In this document: piece after piece, positions 50,646 through 61,400 of the stretch | Layout: each line of letters starts with the position of its first letter | Numbering within the stretch: position 1 is the stretch's first letter | Origin: Schmidtea nova | Taxonomy: Eukaryota | Reading direction: 5' to 3' | DNA: 64,000 bases | NCBI GenBank assembly: GCA_044892505.1 | Contig: CM097882.1 | Span: 44,950,001-45,014,000, forward strand | The notes under the pieces: model-generated | What the model was told of the DNA's origin: nothing | The model's database searches: none | Seen by the model: only the letters and a program-made list of their open reading frames with translations | Position numbers and translations under genes: made by a program

Positions 50646-52445
50646 GAACTACCATTCCACCTGCAACATCAAGGACGATCGTTGGATAATAATTTAGAAA
50701 TCTGGCTGACACCAGTACAATTGGATTTAATGAATACGCTAACAGTGGCACAGATAGTGGGTCAACCACTAAAGTTTAAAGAGGAAAAGAAAGCGAAAGG
50801 AAGCATGAGTACACCAAGTCCGATGAAGTCAACAATGACCCCAGGAACAAGTTCAGGACAAGCAAGGACAACACCAATAAAAACGAGAGAGAGAACACCG
50901 CCAGAAGCGTATGACGTCGATGAGATACTAACAGACAGTGACGAAGCGATAGAAGAATTAACGAAACTGACTCAAAAACCAACGGCGAACATTTTTGACA
51001 GAATAATAGAGATGCCAATAACGTCACCAGCAGAAATCGACGATCAAGGAGTGGAACAGGAGGTAGTCATAGAAATGGTAAACGATTCGGAAGATGAACA
51101 AGAACAACCACAGTTTACTCAAGAAATGGAAAGATCGTTAGAACAACGAGCAAACGAAGGAAGAGATGTTACAGAGGAAACAGGAAGAGCAACGAGATTC
51201 GTAGAAACCGGAACTGGAATGGAAAAACGACCAAGAGGGAGACCAAAGATAGATCCAGCAACAGCAATTCCAAAGACAAGAGAAGAAAGGAGACAAGAGC
51301 AATGGGAGATTTGCTTGAAGAAACTAGACAAAATCGCAGAAATCAGAGGAAAAGAGGAGAATCAAGTCTGCCAAGGAGAAGAATGGCTCACCAAAACGAT
51401 AATGGATGTATTAGCGATAATTGACCCAGAATTAAAGAATCTGTGGCGGATAAACGAACCCAGTACAAAGGCAAGGATGCTACACAACGCGATAGCACCG
51501 ATTATGCCAGAATTAATTAAAGCGAAAACAAAATCGAATCATCTAGATTGGCAAGGAACCACGATGTTGATAAAAAGGCTACTTAATGGAGCAGAAACAG
51601 ACAGCAAATATCTAGTGGCAATCTCGTATACGATATACAATTTGTTAACGCTAAGCCGAGGAAGTCCGAAGTCAAGTCCGATGGGAAGACATATTAAAAA
51701 TACGGCGATGATTATCGAGAAAGAAATTGAACCATATATCCTCAGGAAAGGAGGATGGGAAAAGTTCATAAAAGAGAACCAGACAAAAGAAGGTTCAAAC
51801 GTGATGAGAAAGAAACTCGAAGGAGTATTGAGGGAAATGGAGAATAGACAAACGATGCAAGGAAACGGAAGATCGACGTTGAATCTAAACTCGATAATCA
51901 TGATGATGCTAGTATGGTTGTTAAGCACAGAGGGTGTAACAACGTTCGAAGTATTTGATTGTGATCAAATGAAGTTAGGAGAAAAGTACTCATTGAGAGG
52001 TACGGAGCAATGCAAAGATGCAACTCCAGTAGAGTTGAGAGAGATCAAAAAGGAACAATGGTACCACGTATATCAAGAAGCAGAACTAATAAAGACAATG
52101 GTGAATGAATGCAAGGTACAGAAGACGAGATTCGCATTCTATTGTGGGAGAGGACATTATTCAGCAATTGTCATGCCAGGAACGGAAAGAGAACCAATCG
52201 TGTTGCAAGGGGAAGACTGCGAAGCATTATTTAAACATGGAGAAGTAACAACGAGAGATAAAATCAAGATAAGAGGAAAGCCAGGAATGATGTTACAGCA
52301 GACGTATTATGTAGCAGGACGAATTACGGGAGGAGAAGGGTATTGTCAAGGAGAAACCTACCCAATATTTGGAGTTACCTGCAACCAACTTAGTGGTAAT
52401 GGATACGTACATAGTCGAACTGAAAAGCTACGAAGCATTCTTTGA
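50646..52445 (+). CDS. Polyprotein segment 2: Bcl-2-like domain, signal peptide and N-terminal part of a chuvirus-type glycoprotein
   Basis: Open in the gag frame directly after the TAG. BH2-like IEPYILRKGGWEKFIK at 51726-51773; hydrophobic SIIMMMLVWLLSTEG at about 51891-51935; then FEVFDC..C..CKVQKTRFAFYCG. Confidence 0.8.
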   Translation, partial: ELPFHLQHQGRSLDNNLEIWLTPVQLDLMNTLTVAQIVGQPLKFKEEKKAKGSMSTPSPMKSTMTPGTSSGQARTTPIKTRERTPPEAYDVDEILTDSDEAIEELTKLTQKPTANIFDRIIEMPITSPAEIDDQGVEQEVVIEMVNDSEDEQEQPQFTQEMERSLEQRANEGRDVTEETGRATRFVETGTGMEKRPRGRPKIDPATAIPKTREERRQEQWEICLKKLDKIAEIRGKEENQVCQGEEWLTKTIMDVLAIIDPELKNLWRINEPSTKARMLHNAIAPIMPELIKAKTKSNHLDWQGTTMLIKRLLNGAETDSKYLVAISYTIYNLLTLSRGSPKSSPMGRHIKNTAMIIEKEIEPYILRKGGWEKFIKENQTKEGSNVMRKKLEGVLREMENRQTMQGNGRSTLNLNSIIMMMLVWLLSTEGVTTFEVFDCDQMKLGEKYSLRGTEQCKDATPVELREIKKEQWYHVYQEAELIKTMVNECKVQKTRFAFYCGRGHYSAIVMPGTEREPIVLQGEDCEALFKHGEVTTRDKIKIRGKPGMMLQQTYYVAGRITGGEGYCQGETYPIFGVTCNQLSGNGYVHSRTEKLRSIL

Positions 52446-55400
52446 ACCAACAACAGGAGAAATGAAAACGTTATCCATGTGTAAGATTGACAGAAGCATG
52501 TGTCAAACGGGAATGTCAACATTGGTATACAAACCAAAAGTGAACGAGTGTCAATTACAACTGCTACAAGGAGCAAAGTTCGACGAAATTCAAGGAAAAA
52601 CTTTCCAAGAAGAGGACGATGATGACAAAGCTAGAGCAAAACATCTCAAGGAAGCTTTAGAAAATAAAAGACAATTGAGACCGGATCATAGAGAGAAACG
52701 GATAGAAATGAGAACCACACCAACAGTGTTGATAACCACAAATCAGGATGTGGGCATGAGATTCATAAAAGGGAAAGCCACCCTTAAGTGCAGTACAACA
52801 GTATACGAAACAAACTACCCAGGAATATACGTGTCAAAGCAAGAATTGCCGAATGCGAAACCCAAGATCGACACAATGGATATCAAGCTACACTTGTATG
52901 TGAATAATAAAATGGATTTCTTATTCCATAGAGGACAAGCCTCATTGCAAAAAGTGTACTATGATCTGATAAACAACGATTGTATACTGAACCGGGAAAT
53001 ATTGAAGACAAAGTTGGCCGTAGCAATTACGAATCCAGATAGCGCGATGCCATTATTACCACTAAGAGAAGGACATTTCGGAAGAGTGGTCGGAGAAGCA
53101 ATGTATGTATACATTTGCGAAAAGACACACGCATCGCTAGCAGCAACAACGCAGTTGAAACCTGGACAATGTACAAACGAGTTAGAAGTCCATTATAAAG
53201 GAAAAGTACGATACGTTCAACCGGTGACGAGAATCATCAATCCACCAGGGTTTGAACCAAATCCATTCAACTGTAGTAACGCGTACGGACCGCTTTATCA
53301 GAAGCCAGATGGCAAATGGGTCATGTTCCCAGGAAGAACTGAAGTATTAGCACCAAGAGAATTTGAGCTAATGCAGTTGTCAAAGGATAGACAGTTCAGT
53401 GACGTAGATGTCTCAAACAACGGAATCTATAGTCCAAAAGATCTGGAAGCAGCAAGACAGAATATACTATTCCCGGCAAGAAGAGAAGCATTACTGTCAA
53501 ATATCGTAACGATAACGGGAGGAACGAATTATCGAGAAGGACCGAATTACGAACTGCTGTTGTCACCGGCACATTTCAAGAAAGCCACAGAAAATATGAT
53601 GAAGGCAATGTGGGGAAGATTCCTGATATTCGGACAAATGATGGCTGGAATACTGGGAGTGATATTAATAATACAAATCGTCAGAGTAATACTAACGCAA
53701 ATGTTAGCGTGTTTCGATATCTACAAGAGAGAGAAGAAAGTGAATTGGAAAATGGTAGTAGGGTTTTTACCATTCCTTGCGAAAACGATGGTGTTACACG
53801 GACATTCAAAAGATATACATCGAATAAAAAGATTGTTGAAGATACTTGCAAAAATGAAAGGAACAAACGAAGATGTCGGAAGGAAATTCAAAAAGATAAT
53901 GCAAGACGAGCAAGCAAGACGACAACTGAAGAAGGAAAGGAAAGGATTATGGGAAAGAGTGAGAGGATATCGAACACAAGATGATTCAAGTAATGATGAC
54001 GATGATGATGACGATCGAGGAGGACAAGCGAATATAAACCAGATTCCCCAGTATGCCGAAAAGAGTGCAGTTGAGAATTGGAGATACAGTGCTCCACCCC
54101 AGTCGATGTATAACAAACCGATATACAAAGCGAAGCCGAATATGATGCAGATGATGCCGATGACAAGTATATACCCGATAATTCCAGAAGGATGCAAAGT
54201 AAAACGAGGTAAAAGCGTAGACTCGTTGGAAGACACGCACACGATAGCAGTTATGTCCACAAATATGGGACCGATTTTAACAACAACCATAGAAATAAAC
54301 AGAAAAGAAATCGAAGCAATGATCGATACAGGCGCGAATATTTCGGCAATCGACATTAATTATATACCAGAGAAAAATCAAGGAGAAATCGAGAAGACGA
54401 ATGTACATGTAATCGCGTGCAGTCAAGAGACAGTAGAAGTAGCCGGAAGATGGTTTGTAAAAATTAAGCATCGAGGTGCAGAGATCAACACGTACATCGC
54501 TGTAATACCATCGCTGAGTGTACCATGTATTATTGGAACTGACCTGATGCCAGACCTGTTCAAGGAAATCGTAATTGATCTAGGAGCAATGAAGCTAAAA
54601 GACAGAACAGGAAAAATCTGCAGAATGAAAGTTAAAGTGGCAAGTGCGGAACAAATAGTAGTGCCAGCGAGGCACGAATTGATGTGCTACGTCAAGATCG
54701 ATTCGACAATAAAAGGAGATATGGTATTCGAACCAAGTAAGAAGTTCGAAGCAAAGAAAGAATTACCAATGGCAAGAGAATTGGTCACGATAAACCAAGA
54801 AGGAGAAATACCGATCAATCTGGTGAACTTCGACGAAGAGGACAAGATAATATACGAGAATGAGAGATTGGGTAAATTGACACCCATGTCCGAAATCGAA
54901 ATACCAGACAAGAACGAGAAAAGCAAAGACGAATTACCATGGACAATCGACAGTGTGTTGTTAGACGAACGACAAAAAGAACAGTTACAGAAACTGTTGA
55001 TGGAATATAAAGATATATTCGCAGCATCAGATCTGGATTTAGGAACATGTGACGTAACATTGCACACGATACCGTTGACGGACGAAACGCCAATCGCATT
55101 ACGACCATACAAACTGGCAGAAGCTCAAAAAGCAGTGGCAGAAGAAGAAGTACAAAAGATGTTAGATGCAGAGGTCATCGAACCTAGTTGCTCACCCTGG
55201 CAATTCCCAGTGGTGATGGTGAAAAAGAAGGATGGAACTCAGAGATTCTGTATCGATTACAGACGATTGAACGCAGTTACAAAAAGAGATACGTACCCAC
55301 TGCCAGACATAAACGAAATGTTGTTGACGCTACAAGGAGCAGCCTATTTCACGTCACTGGATTTAAAGAGCGGATATTGGCAGATCAAAATGAAAGACGA

Positions 55401-58400
55401 AGATAAAGAGAAGACAGCATTTACAATCGGACGAGATCTGTACCAATTCAAGAAAATGCCGTTTGGGTTAACAAACGCGCCAGCATCATTCCAGAGATGC
55501 ATGAATTTCGTAACACATGGCATAAAACAATGCATGGTGTACATCGACGATCTATTGATCTACTCCGCAACATTCGAGGATCACTTACAAGACATCAGAA
55601 ATGTGTTCGTGAAATTGAGACAGTGGAAACTGAAATTAAAGCCGTCAAAGTGCGATTGGGCAAAAGAAAAAGTGACATTCTTAGGTCACATTGTATCGGC
55701 AAAAGGAAAAGAACCAGATCCAAGGAATATCGAGAAAGTTAAAGAATGTCCACCACCCAAGACAGTGACTCAAATACAAGAATTTTTGGGATTGTGTGGA
55801 TATTATCGAAAGTTTATCAAGGACTACGCAGGAATATCAAAGCCAATGCAAGAATTGGTAAGACAAGATGTGTCGTTTGTATGGGGAGGAGAACAGCAAG
55901 CAGCATTTGAAACATTACGAGATAAGCTGATTACAGCACCAATACTGGTCCATCCAGATTTTAAGAAGCCATTTCTGTTGGCAACAGATGCAAGTGGATA
56001 CGCAGCAGGAGCAGTACTAGGCCAATTTGATGAAGAAGGCAAAGAGAGAGTAATCGGATATTATAGTCGAACGTTCAGGAAACATGAAAAGAATTACTCA
56101 GTCACGGAAAGAGAAGCCTATGCGATAATATTGGCAATCAAGCATTTCAAGTACCTATTGTGGGGTCATGAAATATATATCACGACGGATCATCAACCAT
56201 TGGTATGGTTAGGCCAACATAAAGAATCATCAAGTAGATTGATGCGTTGGGCGATGCAGTTGCAAGAATACTCGCCATTCATAAAGTTTAAGGCAGGAAA
56301 AGCAAATGCAAACGCAGATTGCATGTCAAGGTTTACATTTCCAGAATTGGTGAACCTAAATGCTCTAAAAATATGTGCATTAATAGCGGAAGATTTGGAT
56401 TTCAGCGAACTAAGGAAAGATCAACTCGAAGATGAGGAGTTGGGATTGATCAGCAAGTATCTGAAAGAAAGGGAAATGGAAATATTCGGCAAGAACCAAA
56501 CGTTGTGCGAACATATGCAGAAATATCAACATAGATATGTGATGGAAAAAGGATGGTTATTGATACAAGATGGAGAACGAAGATTAATGTGCTTACCTGC
56601 GAATAGACGAAAGGAAATCATGACTCAATATCACGACGGAAAATTAGGCGGACATATGTCAGCGAAAAAGACAATCGGGAGATTGAGACAAAAGTATTTT
56701 TGGCCAACCATGGAAGATGATGTGAAAGAATGGATAAAGAACTGCTTAACCTGTGCGACAAGAAAGAACGTCGGAACAAAGTGGAAAACACCACTAAAAC
56801 CTATGCCAATACCTGCAGAACCTATGGCGACGATAGCAATGGATGTAGTTGGACCATTGCCGGAAAGTTTAAAAGGAAATCAGTATATATTAGTAGTCAC
56901 GGACTATCTAACAAAGTTCCCAGAAGCATTCGCAATGCCAGATCAAAAAGCAAAAACAGTCGCGAGAATATTGGTGGAAGAAATATGCTGCAGATACGGA
57001 ACACCCAAGAAAATCCTAACGGATCAAGGAACAAATTTCATGAGTGAAATATTAGACGAAGTTACGAATTACTTCCGAATTGCGAAACTACGAACATCCC
57101 CATACCATCCACAAACGAACGGTCAAACAGAAAGATTCAATGGGACATTAATACGCATGTTGTCGAATTACGTCAGTAAACATCAGACTGACTGGGATGA
57201 ATATATAAACCTGTGTTTAATGGCATACAGAATGTCAATACATGCGGCAACAAAGCTAAGTCCATTTCAACTGATGTACGGAAGAGATTGCAACTTACCG
57301 ATCGATTTAGAATACCAACCACCATTATCACAGTACATGGAGGTTGACGATTACGTTACAAAGTTCAAAGAAAGAATGCAAGAAATCTGGAAAACAGCGG
57401 AACTGAACATCAAGTTCTATCAAGAGAGTTACAAGGATCTACATGATCAGAAAAAGAATGTGAAAGCACATGATTTAAAAGTTGGAGATTGGGTGATAAT
57501 TGAGACACCAGAGATAATACCCGGTACGGTCAAGAAACTCCAACGACCAGGCAAAGGGCCATATGAAATAACAACAGTAAATGAAAATAATGTGCGAGTA
57601 CGATTGGTGAACAATCCATTGGTAAGACCAATATACGTGAATGCATGTCGATGCAGGAAAATACCAAAGACAGCAACTGTATTACCGGAAAAACGGGTGA
57701 TGACAAGATCACAGACGGCGAGAATCAGTATGTTGCGAGTACAACAAAAGCCGCAAACAAGTCTAGAAGACAACCGAAGGGAGATAATAGACATCAAAGA
57801 ACTGGCAAAGAAAACCAGAGAAATTATACCAGAATGGAAATGGTGGTTCGATTTCAATATACTGTCAGAAGTTCGAAAGAATGTAATGGAGTATGCGAAG
57901 GATAGAACAGCGCATCCAATAACAAGAACGTTACTAGAAGAAATCCCTCAAACATTGAACCTACAGGATAAAGACGGTAACACCGCGTTGCACAATGCAA
58001 TCAAGCACGGTGGAAACGAGAAAGTGAAAGAGATTGTGGAGATGATACTTGAAGGTGGAGGAGAAATTGACAAAGTGAATTGGGAAGGAATCACTCCACT
58101 TATGATGATGACGATTCATGGAAGAAACGACGAGATAATCAAGTTATTCGGAAACACCAGATCGAATTGGATGGCAAAAGATAAAGAAGGACGAACATTC
58201 CTGAATCATGCAATTGATAGAGCGAATCACCGAATACTAAAGTATATTACGGAAAATGCCACGTGGGAAATCGATGAACTAACTAGAGGATCGATCATGA
58301 AACAAGCAATCGGGGTAAAGAACAGTAAAACCTGGAGAATACTGCTAAAGTGGAAACGACCAGAAGGAGATTCGTGGGTCGTAAATTGTAATGAAGTATT

Positions 58401-61400
58401 CACAAGGGGAGAAAATGCGTTACTGAAACATTTACTAGAGGTAACATACGATCCAAAAACACTTGCAGTGTTAATAGCGAGAGATACGCTACGGGTTAGC
58501 GAGAACCCAAGAGAATACAAGCTGGAAGACAGAAAGAAAGAATTATTCGGATTAATCAAGAGATGGTGTGATAAACAATGGAATCCGGATATGAGCTTCG
58601 AACATTTCTATGACATCCAAAAGCAGCACAAAGAAATAAGCAAGAGATATAAAGAGCTGGTGGAAGCATTGAAATATGGACAGTTCTTCAGACAAGCAGT
58701 GTATCAAGACCAACGAATGAAACAGATGCAAACGCGAATAAGAAGCAAAGCAGTGTTGTTCAATGCAAAAGCGGAATATCAAGAGAGATTAGACGCAATA
58801 GTAGCGAAAGCGCAAGAAAGATTATCGGAGTTCAAAGAGAATAAAAACTCATTGGAGATACTAGGAGCAATTACAGAGAAAGTACACAGATACGCACAAG
58901 GAGATTATAACGAGAGTGACATAGAAACGATCAAAAATCAAATGCCAGTGGCATTCCTATTATCAAAGGATGGGAGATTGCCGATACACTGGGCATTACG
59001 TCGAAAGAAAGAAAACGAAGTGCTGGAAATAACGAAAGCGATGGTCAAGTGCGAAGCAGACATGAATACGGTTGACGATAACGGAGATACAATCATGATA
59101 ATCGCAGCAAGAAAGAAGACGAAGTTGAAAGTGCTAAATGAATTATACGAAGCAGGAGCAAAAATCGAAGGGAAAAATGGAAAGAATAATTCCATCATAG
59201 ATATCGCAATACAGTGGAACAACTTCGAGATGATCAAGTTCATAAAGTCCATCAAGAGACATGAGGACATAGAATACCTGGCAAATAACGTAAAGAATTT
59301 CAGTCTAACAGTAATGATACACGACGTAGAGAAAACAAGAGCATTACTAACATGGGTGAATCCGATCACCAAGGAACCAGTGTTCAAGATCAATGACCAT
59401 ATGGAACAGAATCAGAATTGGTGTATCAGAAGCGCGTTATTAAGACACAAAAAGCCAGAGATAGTAGAAGAATTCTTGAAGAGAAGAGATTTGAAATTTA
59501 CGAACAACTCAAAGGAACAGGAACGAATAGGAAGATGGAAAGACTTGTTCAGAAAATATGTGAATGAATGGACAAATGCCAAGGAAACAATCAAGCAAAG
59601 TAGACTAAAAGACATAGAACCATCCAAGGATATGGAAATACGTGAATTCGAGTCTAGCACACTCGCGGTTCAAGCGTATGAAAGATTGATTGAAGAAATT
59701 AATGTCGAGGACGACATTTTCAAAGGACCAGGGGGTGGTTACAGAGACTTCGACGACAAAAGTAACAACGAAAAGAACAACGAAGATAACGACAACAAAA
59801 GAACGGAGAATAATGAAAAAGAAAGACAAGAAGAACCGAAGCCAACGAGAAATGACAAGAAAGGAGAAGCCGAAGAACGAGAAAACAACGGAACAAAAGA
59901 CGAACATGCGAACTATGGAAAACGAACAGGAAGTCTACTTTTGAGACCGGAAATGTTGTGTATTGCGATATTGATAACAATCATCGGACAAGGCGAAGCC
60001 AAGAAACAATACGTCACGCTGGAAATAATCAGAGGAAACGAAGTATACGAAAGAATATGCTGGAAAGAAAACCTGAAGAAAAACGATACGCTGAAATGTA
60101 TATTGTCAGACTTGAAGCGAGACGTCATCCAAATCAAAGGATTGGAGAAAGAAAAGTCATACATAATATGCGCAATAAAGCAGAGAGGAGAACCAAAAGC
60201 ACCTCAAGTAACTGCATGTCAATTATACAAAGCAACAGAAGCGCTGAATATACAGAAATGGATTGGAAAAAGAAGCGAAGAGACAACGAGAAGAACAGAA
60301 GTGGAATCGGAAAAAGGGAAGAATCAAACGGAAGCAGAAGAGGGAATCAGAAACCGAACAGAGAAAGAAAGAATAACCAAAAATCCAGCGGGCAAATTAA
60401 CATTCCAACCAGAATTGATATGTGTAGCATTAATATTAATCCTCATTAAGAGAATCATGGAGGACATAGATATCAGCGTGATGACGTTAGTAAATATCCA
60501 AGATCAACGAACAACGAACGGAAGATGTTGGGGACGAAACAATGAGGTAATTGGAATCAGCGAAACAAGAGAAAGTCGAGAGGCAGAGACAAATGAGGAA
60601 ATCGAGATAACTGAAATGGAAACAGAGAAAACATGTGAACTATGCCTCATGGAAAAAGCAGCAAACGGAAACAGACCAGGAACAAGCGAGTGTAAAGTGT
60701 TCCAAGCAAAGGAGATAATTGAGTTCCCAAAAAGAAAGAAACAAGATCAAGAAACGATTGCGAATGAAGTAGTAACAGTAGAGATAAAAAACATTGGTCG
60801 GAGAACAATTGGGATGTGTTGGAGAAAATACATCGGAGTACCGACCAACAACATAATACCGCAATGCAGAACGAGAGAACGAGGAATCCCGTTTCAACTA
60901 AATGGATTCGAAGTCGGACAAGCATATGAAATTTGTGTAATCCGAAGAATAAGAGAAATAATACAAAGAAGCCTGGAGTGCAAACTGTACAAGACGCCAG
61001 AGCAAATTAACGGAACAAGAACGATTGAAATGGGAGGAAGTCGACAGAGGAAAAGAAAGTCAAAAAGAACCACGACAACAAACAGTCAAGGAACTCAACA
61101 GGCAACAACAGAAAGGACGACAATAGAAAACGAACCGGAATCAACAACGCTGATAATATGGAAGATCCATAAAAAGGTCCTAGAAATCTGTTGGACACTA
61201 ATGCCGAACAGTATGGGAAAGTCCCCACGAAACTGTCAAAAGACATCAAATGATAAAGGAGAAATAATCGAGGTAGAAATGAGGAAGTTGAAAACAAACG
61301 CAGAATACGAAGTGTGTGCAATCGAAGAAGTGGATGCACAAGGAAATCCACAAGAAAGGTGCGAAACCTATTACACGCCGATAAAGAGGAGAATCAAAAA

